Positions 8,835 through 18,541 of a stretch of DNA of 64,000 nt are shown here, piece after piece. The notes below the pieces were generated by a model. The model saw nothing but the letters and a program-made list of their open reading frames with translations. It was not told the origin of the DNA and did not search any database. How positions within the stretch are numbered: position 1 is the stretch's first letter; each line of letters starts with the position of its first letter. A program made the translations under genes and the position numbers. Source of the stretch: Polaromonas sp. (GTDB lineage: Bacteria; Pseudomonadota; Gammaproteobacteria; Burkholderiales; Burkholderiaceae_C); assembly GCA_043747295.1 (NCBI GenBank), contig JAYTPK010000168.1, positions 9,121 through 73,120 on the forward strand, given 5' to 3'.

Positions 8835-9368
8835 TTAGCCGCGCAGCTTAGTGGCCACCTCAGCAACGCGCTTGCCATAAGCCTGCGCTGTGTCCAAATC
8901 GCCCTGCGGGATTTTGTCTGCTGGGTCGTTGGGGCCGCATTGCGCCATCACACCGCTGTAAGAGCCGATACGGTTAATGTTGCCGTCGCCCATCATAGGC
9001 TGGCCAACCCATACCATGCCTTGCTGCATGGACAGGGTGATGAAGTATTGCAGGGTAGACAACTTATCGCCGCTCAAGCCCGCAGACACTGTGAAGCCAC
9101 CGGCCACTTTGTCTTTCCAGGCGCTGCTAAACCACTTTTTGCTGCTGGCATCGGCAAACTTTTTAAACTGCCAGCTGGCCATACCCATGTAGGTGGGGCT
9201 ACCCATGATGATGCCATCTGCTGCATCCAACGTGGCCCATTGCGCGTCGGTGAGGTTGCCGTCTGCATCGATAGCGACCAGGTCTGCCCCTGCGCCTTTG
9301 GCTACAAATTCAGCCACACGCTGGGTGTGACCATAACCTGAGTGATAAACAACTGCTACTTTTGCCAT
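8835..9368 (-). CDS. flavodoxin-fold NAD(P)H:quinone oxidoreductase (WrbA-like)
   Basis: MAKVAVVYHSGYGHT start resembles WrbA/flavodoxin. ATG at 9368 follows AAAGGAGAA. The longer track ORF (to 9473) overlaps the upstream gene and is rejected. Confidence 0.8.
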   Translation of the reverse strand: MAKVAVVYHSGYGHTQRVAEFVAKGAGADLVAIDADGNLTDAQWATLDAADGIIMGSPTYMGMASWQFKKFADASSKKWFSSAWKDKVAGGFTVSAGLSGDKLSTLQYFITLSMQQGMVWVGQPMMGDGNINRIGSYSGVMAQCGPNDPADKIPQGDLDTAQAYGKRVAEVATKLRG

Positions 9369-9381
9369 GAGAAATTCTCCT

Positions 9382-9642
9382 TTATTTGGCGGTTTGGGGA
9401 TGAGGTGGCGCAGGCATCTGCACCGTAAGAGAGACAAGTTTTTGCACCAGCGGTCTAAAGGCAAATGCCACAAAAAACGCTACTGGAAAAGCCACTAACC
9501 AAGCTTGTAACCAGCGAACAAAGTAGCCCACAGCTAAGCCTGTGTTAACGGCGGTGATCATGCCACTCATCAACACGCTCATGGTGAGCGACATCCAAAA
9601 GGCTATGGCGATCGGGGTATATTTAGGATGTAATTTTTTCAT
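9382..9642 (-). CDS. DUF2798 membrane protein
   Basis: 86 aa with two TM segments. MKKLHPKYTPIAIAFWMSLTMSVLMSGMITAVNTG is typical of DUF2798. Confidence 0.75.
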   Translation of the reverse strand: MKKLHPKYTPIAIAFWMSLTMSVLMSGMITAVNTGLAVGYFVRWLQAWLVAFPVAFFVAFAFRPLVQKLVSLTVQMPAPPHPQTAK

Positions 9643-9661
9643 GGTTAATTTTCATGGTTAA
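9636..9661. repeat. 13-nt tandem duplication of a stop/start gene junction
   Basis: TTTTCATGGTTAA occurs twice. On the minus strand this is TTAACCATGAAAA twice. One unit carries the pirin stop and the other carries the DUF2798 ATG. Confidence 0.75.
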
Positions 9662-10545
9662 TTAATGGGTGAAAAGGATTCAAGATGCCCCATCTCGCCG
9701 CGTGCAAAGGCACGCCTGTAAGCCAAAATATCATCTGCCGAGTTGCCCGTGAACGGGCCACCTGAGTAGATTGGCTCTTTGATCGGCGTGCCGCTGAAAA
9801 ACACGCCACGCAATGCCTGTTTGCCTGCCTTGATGCGCGCCAAGCTCATGGCATATGCGTCAGACGCTTCAAAAATAATAGCGCTTTGTGCAATATCCGC
9901 CTGGACTTGCGCATCAAAACTGCCTGACCTAATAACAAAAAACGCGTTATCACCTGATTTAACAGGAATGTCCACCTGCGCTCCCGCTTGCAAAGTCACA
10001 TCGAGCAAGTTGACACGGGTAAGCCAGCGTGCATCTTGTCCAATCGGTGAGTAATGACCGCCCAACTCACCCGCCACCACGCGCAGGCTGCCACCTTCAA
10101 AGTCAACAACTGGCATGTCGGTGTGTTTGACTTTAAAAGCCACAGGCTCGGTGGATTTATGAACTCGACTCAGATTCACAAACACCTGCAAGCCCTGCTC
10201 AGTTTTACCCGCCTGCGCTGGTGTTTCTTCATGCATTGCGCCGCGCCCGGCTTGAAACCAATGCAAATCGCCAGGTTCAATCAAGCTGTGATCGCCCATC
10301 GAATCGCGGTTGACCGTGCCTGCCTCAGATTCAGGCAAGGTGAGCGAGACAGCGCTCATGCCTGCATGCGGATGTGGGCCAAACGGGTTAGAGCGCAGGG
10401 TATAGCTGTCAATGCCGATGAAGGGGTCGATCCAGCTTGCGTCCACACGCAACATATGCGCACCCGAGCTGGCATCAAAGCCGTGATAGGGCATGGCCAC
10501 GACGGCCTTGATGGTCAAGAGAGGATGAAGTTCTGCTCCGCACAT
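9658..10545 (-). CDS. pirin family protein (divergent copy)
   Basis: Cupin-type HPHAGMSAVSLTL and the C-terminal pirin domain are present. ATG at 10545 follows AAGGAA. The TTG at 10566 is less likely. Confidence 0.7.
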   Translation of the reverse strand: MCGAELHPLLTIKAVVAMPYHGFDASSGAHMLRVDASWIDPFIGIDSYTLRSNPFGPHPHAGMSAVSLTLPESEAGTVNRDSMGDHSLIEPGDLHWFQAGRGAMHEETPAQAGKTEQGLQVFVNLSRVHKSTEPVAFKVKHTDMPVVDFEGGSLRVVAGELGGHYSPIGQDARWLTRVNLLDVTLQAGAQVDIPVKSGDNAFFVIRSGSFDAQVQADIAQSAIIFEASDAYAMSLARIKAGKQALRGVFFSGTPIKEPIYSGGPFTGNSADDILAYRRAFARGEMGHLESFSPIN

Positions 10546-10569
10546 GGCGAGTTTCCTTTGAAACAACGG

Positions 10570-11271
10570 TTAAGCTGATAAATCAAACACGATGACTTCA
10601 GCGTCATGGCCACCCTGCAGCGCCAGCGTGTTCTCGCCCTCTAGCTTGGCAGCGTCGCCACCGGCCAGCTGTTGGCCGTTGACATTGAGCTGGCCACGCA
10701 CCAAGTGCACATAAGCTTTGCGTGCTGGATCGAGCGCAATTTGCGCCTGCTCTGCACCGTCAAACAGGCCTGCATACATCTTGGCATCGGCATGGATGGT
10801 GACGCTGCCTTGAACGCCATTGTTGCTGGCCACCAAGCGCAGCGCGCCGCGCTTCTCAGGCGTGGCAAAAGTTTTTTGCTCGTAGCCGGGTGCAATGCCA
10901 AACACGTTAGGCTGAATCCAGATTTGAAAGAAATGGGTTTCATGCTGCGGTGCGTGGTTAAACTCGCTGTGCAAAATGCCTGTGCCCGCACTCATGCGCT
11001 GCACGTCGCCCGGCGGTATGCTGGCGGCGTTGCCTACGTTGTCTTTGTGGCCTATAGAGCCGCTCAGCACATAGCTGATGATCTCCATATCTTTATGACC
11101 ATGGGTGCCAAAGCCAGTGCCAGGCGCAATGCGGTCTTCGTTGATCACGCGCAGGTTGCCCCAGCCCATATGCGCTGCGTCGTGGTAGCCCGCAAAGCTA
11201 AATGAATGGTAGCTTTTAAGCCAGCCGTGGTCGGCGTAGCCACGGTCTTGGGATTTGCGTAGGGTGATCAT
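10570..11271 (-). CDS. pirin family protein (YhhW/quercetinase-like)
   Basis: MITLRKSQDRGYADHGWLKSYHSFSFAGYHD, GFGTHGHKDMEIISYVL and GILHSEFN are classic pirin motifs. Confidence 0.9.
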   Translation of the reverse strand: MITLRKSQDRGYADHGWLKSYHSFSFAGYHDAAHMGWGNLRVINEDRIAPGTGFGTHGHKDMEIISYVLSGSIGHKDNVGNAASIPPGDVQRMSAGTGILHSEFNHAPQHETHFFQIWIQPNVFGIAPGYEQKTFATPEKRGALRLVASNNGVQGSVTIHADAKMYAGLFDGAEQAQIALDPARKAYVHLVRGQLNVNGQQLAGGDAAKLEGENTLALQGGHDAEVIVFDLSA

Positions 11272-11405
11272 GGTGCAGCCTTTCATTGAACAGCTCAGTT
11301 AAAGCAACTCATCACTGTATATGGCTAATATAAAGCCCTTATGTCATCAAATCAATTGCCTTTATTTGTTGATTAGATGCAAATTTTTTGAATATACTGC
11401 GGCTG

Positions 11406-12350
11406 ATGAATACTGCCGACCTAATTACCCCCGAAGCCCTGCGCATGCTACAGGCTGTAGCGCAAGAAGGCTCTCTGGCCGGTGCCGCGCGCAAGCTGGG
11501 CGTGGTGCCCAGCGCCCTGACCTACCGCGTGCGGCAAATAGAAGACGGCTTGGATGTGCTGCTATTTGACCGCAGCGCACGCAAAGCCGTGCTCACCGAT
11601 GCAGGCCAAGAGCTGCTGCGCGAGGCCCAGAGAATTTTGGGCCAACTAGACGCTGTGGCCCAGCGCGTTAAACGTGTGGCCACCGGCTGGGAGCCGCAGC
11701 TCACCATTGCCGTGGGTGGCCTGATTTCGCAGCGCACGGTGATGGAGTTGTGCGAGGCTTTTTTTGCGCTTGACCCGCCCACGCAGCTGAAAATTCGCAT
11801 AGAAAATTTATCAGGCGCTTGGGAGGCCGTAGAAAGCGGCTTGGCCGACCTTACTATTGGCAGCCTGGACGAGCCCAGCCAGTCTGCAGGCATGGTAAGC
11901 AAGCCGCTGGGCGATGTGCCCTTTGTGTTTGCCGTAGCGCCCCACCACGCTCTGGCCGCCCTGCCCGACCCTGTGAAAGACGACACCGTAGCCCAACACC
12001 GCGCCGTGGCCGTGGCCGACAGCGCGCGGCGCGGGCCCACCGTCACCGTGGGCTTATTGCCCGGTCAGCGAGTGTTAACGGTAGATAGCATGCAAGCCAA
12101 GCTGGATGCGCAACTGCGTGGTTTAGGCTGCGGCTTTTTACCGTTGTGCATGGCGCAACCGTATATCGACACGGGGCGCTTGGTAGTTAAACGCACCGCG
12201 CGCGCTTCACGGGTGGCTAAGCTCAGCTACGGCTGGCGCGCACCTGGGGCCAAGGCCCAGCTAGGCAAAGCGCTAGGCTGGTGGGCAGCGCAGCTGGGCA
12301 ATGCGCGCACACGCAATGCGTTGATGCATGTCCACGCAGCCCAAAATTAG
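11406..12350 (+). CDS. LysR family transcriptional regulator
   Basis: HTH region LRMLQAVAQEGSLAGAARKLGVVPSALTYRVRQIEDGL. Divergent from the pirin pair. Confidence 0.9.
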   Translation: MNTADLITPEALRMLQAVAQEGSLAGAARKLGVVPSALTYRVRQIEDGLDVLLFDRSARKAVLTDAGQELLREAQRILGQLDAVAQRVKRVATGWEPQLTIAVGGLISQRTVMELCEAFFALDPPTQLKIRIENLSGAWEAVESGLADLTIGSLDEPSQSAGMVSKPLGDVPFVFAVAPHHALAALPDPVKDDTVAQHRAVAVADSARRGPTVTVGLLPGQRVLTVDSMQAKLDAQLRGLGCGFLPLCMAQPYIDTGRLVVKRTARASRVAKLSYGWRAPGAKAQLGKALGWWAAQLGNARTRNALMHVHAAQN

Positions 12351-12377
12351 GCCTTTGTAAGCTAGGCCTTTGGAGAT
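12348..12377. repeat. 15-nt tandem duplication starting at the LysR stop codon
   Basis: TAGGCCTTTGTAAGC followed by TAGGCCTTTGGAGAT, then TAA. This gives three in-frame stops at 15-nt spacing. Confidence 0.6.
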
Positions 12378-12405
12378 TAAAACTAACCGATGCAATGTGA
12401 GTCAT

Positions 12406-15147
12406 CTAAGGCGTAACAGTATGCGCACCCAAGCCACTGGCATCGTCAATGGCAAAGCCGTCCCATTGCAGCGCGGGGTCAAACACACTGGCTGCAGCGT
12501 TGTCGCCAAACTTGACCGAAGGCTTGCGCCGCAAAGTGCGGTTTTGCGTGCTGATGTCTCCACTGACCCACGCTGCGCCGGGGTCAAACCCCACTTGACC
12601 AAAACGGTCAATCACCACACCTGATTTTTCTAGCGTAACAGCATCGTTCCCACTGAAGTTCGCGACTGATACTGTAAAGCTGCCAGTCGTTTTAAATAAT
12701 GCTGTGGCACCAGAGTTAACCAGTACTACCACCGCACCTGGTGCCAAAGTGTTCGTTAAGGTGTAGATATTGCTCACGGTGGTGGCGCCGTTGGTGTACA
12801 GCTTAGCGACATAGCTAGACAGATCGACCGTGGCCGTGGTGGGGTTGTAAATTTCTAGTGCTTTGTTATTGCTAGTACCTTCAATGTATTCACTGAAAAA
12901 CAGCTCAGGTGCACCAAGCGGCGTAGGTGGTGTAAAGGCTGCGGAGGTGATGGTCACCACTGCAGATTTGCTCACTGTTAGTCCAGCCGAATCTATCAAA
13001 GTGACCACCACGGTGTAGCTGCCTGCGGCTGCGTAGGTGTGGGTAACACCGCCTGCTGCGGTCAGCGTGCTGTTAACACTTGAGTCACCCCAGTTGATGG
13101 ACAAATCCGTCACCGTAGCTGCGCCGCCCGGCAATGCATCGGTGATGGTGATAGCCAGCGGGGTGCTGGCTATGCCTTTGCTGGGCACGTTGATGTTCAG
13201 CACGGGGACGTCTACTGCAGTATCGGCAGCTAGGGTGAGCGCTACCAACACAGGATCATGGTCAGAGGCACGGTACGGCGTGGCGGCGTAGCGGTCGTCG
13301 GTTTTAAACTCAGTGTTGTAGTCCAAAACTGTGGGCTCGTCGGCATTAATGTGCCACACACCTACGCCAGTGACCTGCGACTGTAAAGTGCTGCTAGCGT
13401 ACGCGTGGTCTAGCGCGCCTGTCTCACCGTTAAACACGTAGCTGTAGCGGTCGCTGGCAGGCAAGCGCTTAAGCAAGCTCTCATTGCCCGCAGCTTCTAG
13501 CGCTTTGGGTGGGTCTTCTAGCAAATAGCTGTTGATGTCGCCCATGATGAGCACATCGCTCTCACCGCCTGCTTGCAGCTTGGCTACAAAGCTGTTCAAC
13601 GCATTAGCTTGCGCAGTGCGCGCAAGGTTAAAGCAGCCTTGACCTACGTCGGGGTCAGTGGTGGTGGCAGGTGAGCCGCAGCCTTTGCTTTTAAAGTGGT
13701 TGACTACAAACCAAAAACTACCGTTGTTGGCCACCGATGCAAAACGCTGCGCCAGCGGTGGGCGGCCGCTGGGAGCCACGTAGTTGGCTAGGTCAGCGCC
13801 AGTGGGCAGCACCGTGCCACCAATGCGTTTGACTTTGGCGGGCTTGTACAGCATGTCCACTTTGATGACATCGGTGCCAAACTTGCCACTGTTAACCGCT
13901 GCGTAGGTGCCTGCGCCCAGCTTGGCGTTCAATGCAGCCACCAGGCTTTGGGTGGCTACGTCGTTGTTATTTTCAATTTCTTCTAGGCCCAACACATCAG
14001 CGTCCAGGCCAGCAATAGCTTCAACTATTTTGGCCTGCTGGCGGGTAAATTCGGCAGCAGTGTTAGCACCTCGGGCTAATGGGTTTTGCGACTGCAGGGT
14101 GGTGAAGTAATTGAGCACGTTAAAGCTAGATACTTTGATATCGCCGGTCAACACGGGCGGTGCAACAGGGCGCGGGTTGGCCTGCGTAAAAACGGGTGCT
14201 ACAGTAGTCTGCAAGCGGTAGGCACCAAAGCCTTGGCTCAGTATGCCGGTAAGTTTGGGTACTGTGTCGCCCACGCGGCGTGTACCAGCGCTGCCTGCAG
14301 CGCTAAAGTTGGGCGTGGGATTGGGGTTGGATGCGCTAGATCCATCGTCCAGCACTATGCGCTCTAGCCTGTTTTGCACAGACGTAGCGCTGGCGTTGCC
14401 ATTCGTTGGATTGAATTGGCGGCCATTCAGCGCTAACACCATCTCGCCAAATTGCCCTACGCGAAACGTCTCCACCACAGCCAGCGGTTGGCTAAATTCC
14501 ACCAGCATGCCCTCGTAGCGCTCCAGAGCATCGTCGCTGGCCAATGGCAGTGTGATCTGCTTGGGCGTAACTGCTACACCGCTGCCGCATATATTGACCG
14601 TGACAGTGCCTGCAAGCTGGGTAACAGTGCTGCCCACAGCGCCAAACTCAGCTACCTGGCCTTGCACTTGCACATAGTCACCCACCGTCATTTTGGCTAC
14701 GGTGGCAGTAGGTGCAAAAACAAAAATACCTTCTGACGTGAGCGGATCAGCATCGGGCACAGCCTGCTGCATGAAAAAGCCGTTCAGCTGAGTTTTAGTT
14801 TGGTTTTGAAACTCACCCACCACCACGCCACGCACGGTGACGGTTTGTGATATCAGCGCGCTCGTGGTGCTGGCACCCTGCACGGTGGTGATATCTGTCA
14901 GCGGCGCGCTGGCGCTGACTGAAGCGCTGCAAGTAGGCAAATTGGCCGCAGGTAGCGTAGAGGTAACCACAGGCATGGTGCTAGTGTTTACGGGTGTAGT
15001 TGCAGTGGTGCTTGGGGGTGTGGTACCGCCGGGCGGGTTAACAGGTGGGGCAGTATCGCTGCCGCCACACGCGGTTAGAAATGCAAGGATGAATGGTGTG
15101 CAAATAGCTAGCACGTGGCGTGTGATCCGCTGATTTTTTAAAGTCAT
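12406..15147 (-). CDS. ExeM/NucH family extracellular endonuclease lipoprotein (EEP nuclease with PKD-like and lamin-tail domains)
   Basis: LTAC lipobox. Endonuclease/exonuclease/phosphatase core (SFNVLNYF, GLEEIENN, ASDHDPV). C-terminal lamin-tail-like LFFSEYIEGTSNNKALEIYNP. Confidence 0.85.
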   Translation of the reverse strand: MTLKNQRITRHVLAICTPFILAFLTACGGSDTAPPVNPPGGTTPPSTTATTPVNTSTMPVVTSTLPAANLPTCSASVSASAPLTDITTVQGASTTSALISQTVTVRGVVVGEFQNQTKTQLNGFFMQQAVPDADPLTSEGIFVFAPTATVAKMTVGDYVQVQGQVAEFGAVGSTVTQLAGTVTVNICGSGVAVTPKQITLPLASDDALERYEGMLVEFSQPLAVVETFRVGQFGEMVLALNGRQFNPTNGNASATSVQNRLERIVLDDGSSASNPNPTPNFSAAGSAGTRRVGDTVPKLTGILSQGFGAYRLQTTVAPVFTQANPRPVAPPVLTGDIKVSSFNVLNYFTTLQSQNPLARGANTAAEFTRQQAKIVEAIAGLDADVLGLEEIENNNDVATQSLVAALNAKLGAGTYAAVNSGKFGTDVIKVDMLYKPAKVKRIGGTVLPTGADLANYVAPSGRPPLAQRFASVANNGSFWFVVNHFKSKGCGSPATTTDPDVGQGCFNLARTAQANALNSFVAKLQAGGESDVLIMGDINSYLLEDPPKALEAAGNESLLKRLPASDRYSYVFNGETGALDHAYASSTLQSQVTGVGVWHINADEPTVLDYNTEFKTDDRYAATPYRASDHDPVLVALTLAADTAVDVPVLNINVPSKGIASTPLAITITDALPGGAATVTDLSINWGDSSVNSTLTAAGGVTHTYAAAGSYTVVVTLIDSAGLTVSKSAVVTITSAAFTPPTPLGAPELFFSEYIEGTSNNKALEIYNPTTATVDLSSYVAKLYTNGATTVSNIYTLTNTLAPGAVVVLVNSGATALFKTTGSFTVSVANFSGNDAVTLEKSGVVIDRFGQVGFDPGAAWVSGDISTQNRTLRRKPSVKFGDNAAASVFDPALQWDGFAIDDASGLGAHTVTP

Positions 15148-15225
15148 AAAGGTCCCTGAACAATAGAGACTCTTTGTAAAGCAAGACTATGACCGAACTA
15201 TGACACGTAAATGTTAAAAATGTAT

Positions 15226-16260
15226 CTAGTTGTTCGATAGCCCGTAACTTAAATCCCGTGTTTTACCGCTAAACACGCGGTAGCTAAACACCGTGTAGCC
15301 CACTATCACCGGTAGCACTACCGCAGCACCGGCAAAGATAATGCGCAGCGCTTCGGGGGCACTGGCGGCTTGCCACACCGTCATGCGGCCCACCACCAGG
15401 TAGGGGAACAAGCTGTAGGCCAGACCATAAAACGCAAGACAAAAAATACCTACTGTGCTGGCAAACGGCACCCATTCGCCGTACGTGTTGCCAGACTGCA
15501 AGCGCACTGGCATGCGGCGCAGGCTACGTCCAGTGATAAAAAATAATAACCCCGTAGCCAGCGGAATAGGTGCGAGCAAAACAATGTAGGGCAATGCAAA
15601 CCATTTGTTAAAAATCTCTTGGCTCACCCACGGCGTAGCCAACGACACAGCCGCCACACCCAGCCCGGTTAACCACAAAGCTTCGCGTGCCCAGCGCACC
15701 GCCTGTAATTGCAGCGCACCTTCAGTTTTCATCACCAGCCAGCAGGCACCCAGCAGGCAGTAGCCCGCTACCAAACACACTGCAATCAGTGCGGCAAAAG
15801 CATAGGCGGCCCAGCTGGTTTCAAAACCTAAAATATAGCTGCCCAACATCCAGCCTTGCGACAGCGCAGCCAGCAGCGAGCCTGCATAAAACGCAGTATT
15901 CCACAACGATTTATGGTCATCGTGTGCTTTGGCGCGAAAGTCAAATGCTACGCCGCGCAGTATCAAACCCAGCAGCATGATGGCCACTGGCAAATACAGC
16001 GCCTGCAAAATCACGCCATGTGCTGCCGGAAAACAGGTCAGCAAAATACCCACGCCCAGAACCAGCCAAGTTTCGTTAGCGTCCCAAAACGGACCAATCG
16101 AGCTGACCATCACGTCTTTGTCTGACACCGAGGCGCGGCGCAGCAAAATGCCCACGCCCAGGTCATAACCGTCCAGCACTACATAGGCCAGCATGGCCAG
16201 GCCCATCACGCCCATGAAGATCACAGGCAACCAGTCGTTGAATGTCGTCAGGTTATGCAT
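15226..16260 (-). CDS. cydB: cytochrome bd-type ubiquinol oxidase subunit II
   Basis: MHNLTTFNDWLPVIFMGVMGLAMLAYVVLDGYDLGVG. ATG at 16260 overlaps the cydA stop (ATGCATAA). The longer track ORF is rejected. Confidence 0.9.
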   Translation of the reverse strand: MHNLTTFNDWLPVIFMGVMGLAMLAYVVLDGYDLGVGILLRRASVSDKDVMVSSIGPFWDANETWLVLGVGILLTCFPAAHGVILQALYLPVAIMLLGLILRGVAFDFRAKAHDDHKSLWNTAFYAGSLLAALSQGWMLGSYILGFETSWAAYAFAALIAVCLVAGYCLLGACWLVMKTEGALQLQAVRWAREALWLTGLGVAAVSLATPWVSQEIFNKWFALPYIVLLAPIPLATGLLFFITGRSLRRMPVRLQSGNTYGEWVPFASTVGIFCLAFYGLAYSLFPYLVVGRMTVWQAASAPEALRIIFAGAAVVLPVIVGYTVFSYRVFSGKTRDLSYGLSNN

Positions 16261-17629
16261 AACTGGCCCCTTGTGTTGCAGGTAAAGGTGTCGCGGCATA
16301 TGCAGGGCTACCAGCCTTGCGCGCCATGTGGAACACCACCGACACATACGCCACAAGCAATGCTAAGTACACCGTCAAATACATGGCCAAGGTACCCGCT
16401 AGCATGGGCGTAGGCACCGTGGCTGCGGCCTGCGAGGTGCTTAATATGCCGTAGACCAAATAGGGCTGACGGCCAATCTCGGTCACGTACCAGCCCGCTA
16501 GCGTGGCCACCCAGCCTGCAAACGTCATAGCCACCAGCGCGCGGGCCAGCCAAGGCTTAACCTCGCCTTGTTTTTTAAGCTGCCAAGCGCTTAGCCAGCC
16601 CACAGCCAGCATTAAAAGCCCCATACCCACCATCACCCTGAAGGCCCAAAACACAGGGGCCACTGGCGGGTGCTTGCCTTTGAAATCGTCTAGGCCTTTA
16701 ACCTCGCCGTCCAAGCTGTGGGTTAAATACAAGCTAGCCAGTTTGGGCATTGCGATTTCAAACTTGTTGCTGCGGGTGGCCTCATCGGGCAGTGCAAACA
16801 GCACAGCGCTAGCGCCCTTTTGCGTTTGCCAAATGCCCTCCATCGCAGCCAGCTTGGCGGGCTGGTGCTGTAGCGTGGCCAGGCCATGCAGGTCACCCAG
16901 CACGATCTGTAGGGGCAACACCACCGCCGCCATCACCACGCCCGTGCGCAGGGCCGACAGCACTGCGGGCACGCGGTCACCACGCAGCCAGCGGTAAGCG
17001 CTGATGCCTGCAATGACGAAAGCCACCGTGGCAAAACACGCTGTCATCATGTGGGCAAATTTGTAGGGGAACGAAGGGTTAAAGATAATGGCAAACCAGT
17101 CGGTGGCATACGCCACCATTGCGCCAGTTTGCGGGTCGGGCCGCATCTCAAAACCAGCAGGCGTTTGCATCCAAGAGTTCAGCGCCAATATCCAAAACGC
17201 TGACATGCTGGTGCCAAAAGCTACCAAAAATGTCGCTATGGTATGCACCCGGTTACTGACCCGCTGCATGCCAAACAGCATGATGCCTAAGAAAGTAGCC
17301 TCTAGGAAAAACGCCGTCATCACCTCATAAGCCAACAGGGGCCCAGCGATGTTGCCCACCGTCTTCATAAAGCCCGGCCAATTGGTACCAAACTGAAAAC
17401 TCATGGTGATGCCGCTGACCACACCCAAGGCAAATGTCAACGCAAACACCTTGACCCAAAAGCCGTAAGCGTCCATCCATTTAGCGTCTTTGGTGCTGTT
17501 AAATCGCAGCTTAAAAAACAGCAACACCCAGGCTAGCGCGATGGTGATGGTAGGAAACAAAATATGAAAACTGATGTTGGCTGCAAACTGAATGCGGTGC
17601 AAGATCAGCGGATCAAACGGTTCTGTCAT
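16253..17629 (-). CDS. cydA: cytochrome bd-type ubiquinol oxidase subunit I (short Q-loop, CIO-like)
   Basis: LHRIQFAANISFHILFPTITI and GWYVTEIGRQPY motifs. The 458-aa length implies the short Q-loop class. Confidence 0.9.
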   Translation of the reverse strand: MTEPFDPLILHRIQFAANISFHILFPTITIALAWVLLFFKLRFNSTKDAKWMDAYGFWVKVFALTFALGVVSGITMSFQFGTNWPGFMKTVGNIAGPLLAYEVMTAFFLEATFLGIMLFGMQRVSNRVHTIATFLVAFGTSMSAFWILALNSWMQTPAGFEMRPDPQTGAMVAYATDWFAIIFNPSFPYKFAHMMTACFATVAFVIAGISAYRWLRGDRVPAVLSALRTGVVMAAVVLPLQIVLGDLHGLATLQHQPAKLAAMEGIWQTQKGASAVLFALPDEATRSNKFEIAMPKLASLYLTHSLDGEVKGLDDFKGKHPPVAPVFWAFRVMVGMGLLMLAVGWLSAWQLKKQGEVKPWLARALVAMTFAGWVATLAGWYVTEIGRQPYLVYGILSTSQAAATVPTPMLAGTLAMYLTVYLALLVAYVSVVFHMARKAGSPAYAATPLPATQGASYA

Positions 17630-17650
17630 AGCTGTGCTCCTAAAGAAAAC

Positions 17651-18244
17651 TCAAAACTCTGCTGGCAACTGCAACCCCGTAGGCAATGGCTCTGCCTTAC
17701 GTCCACCCAAGCCCAGTTTTTCTTTGAACTCTAAAAACTTTTGCGCTTTAGCGCCTAGCTTCATCAGCTGGCGCAGCGTGTGCTCGTCTAGTTTTTGCAC
17801 ATCTGCCATCCAATCCGTGACCAGCTCGATCAGCTCATGCATATCGCCCATGCGCTTTTGCGCGAAGACGTCTTGCGGGTTGGTGGGCGCATGCAGCAGT
17901 GCATCGCGCAGCATGGTCAGCGTAGGGTCGATCTCGCGTTTACGCCGCTCGTCAGCCAAGGTCCGAAAAATGGCCCATACGTCCTCGGGTGCCGAGAAGT
18001 ACTCACGCCGATCGCCGGGTAAATGCTGCAGCCGCACCAGCCGCCACGAGTCCAGCTCTTTCAGCCCCATGCTAACGTTAGAGCGCGAGAAAGCTAGCGC
18101 CTCAGCTATCTCGTCTGCGTTAATCGGCTTTTCACTCACAAACAGCAGCGCATAGATTTGCCCCACGGTGCGGTTAATGCCCCAGCGGCTTCCCATCTCG
18201 CCAAAATGCAGAACAAAGCTTTGGGCTAACGGCGTGAGATTCAT
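17651..18244 (-). CDS. GbsR/MarR family transcriptional regulator
   Basis: HFGEMGSRWGINRTVGQIYALLFVSEKPINADEIAEALAFSRSNVSMGLKEL is typical of GbsR-type regulators. It lies upstream of cydAB on the same strand. Confidence 0.85.
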   Translation of the reverse strand: MNLTPLAQSFVLHFGEMGSRWGINRTVGQIYALLFVSEKPINADEIAEALAFSRSNVSMGLKELDSWRLVRLQHLPGDRREYFSAPEDVWAIFRTLADERRKREIDPTLTMLRDALLHAPTNPQDVFAQKRMGDMHELIELVTDWMADVQKLDEHTLRQLMKLGAKAQKFLEFKEKLGLGGRKAEPLPTGLQLPAEF

Positions 18245-18364
18245 GGAATTCCTTGGATTTCAATAATTACTGAAATTATAAGAAACTCAAAGAAATATAC
18301 AAGGGTTATTACTTATTACCTGCGCTGTCAGCAGGTGAATAGCCATGGTTGGGCTCGGTATTTA

Positions 18365-18448
18365 CTATCGATTTCATAGCTGTCTGAGTAATGAATACTT
18401 GGACTAACAGCATATTTTGTTGGTAAAAGTGCCGTTTTAGTGCTTTTT
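18365..18448 (-). repeat. dispersed repeat family, copy 3 (intergenic)
   Basis: CTATCGATTTCATAGCTGTCTGAGTAATGAATACTTGGACTAACAGCATATTTTGTTGGTAAAAGTGCCGTTTTAGTGCTTTTT. Confidence 0.8.
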
Positions 18449-18480
18449 GTGGTTCTTTGTATTGGGACGCGATCTGCTGC

Positions 18481-18541
18481 GGCGTGTGCCTTATGCCAAC
18501 CGGACCTGAGGCCCTTGATTGGTTGTCATAGGGCACACGCC
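18481..18541. other. long near-perfect hairpin in a 585-nt non-coding gap
   Basis: GGCGTGTGCCTTATGCCAACC pairs with GGTTGTCATAGGGCACACGCC (19 of 21 positions) around a 19-nt loop. Confidence 0.5.

Noticed and set aside
9369-9473. 35-codon upstream extension of the WrbA-like ORF (the same issue applies to cydB at 16261-16356)
   Set aside because: The extensions overlap the preceding genes and lack homology-like sequence. Canonical N-termini (MAKVAVVYHS, MHNLTTFNDW) follow RBS or coupling signals.
9658-12350. Tandem pirin genes with a divergent LysR regulator as something unusual
   Set aside because: The pirin-LysR arrangement is common in proteobacteria. Apart from the junction duplication, which is reported separately, nothing sequence-level stands out.
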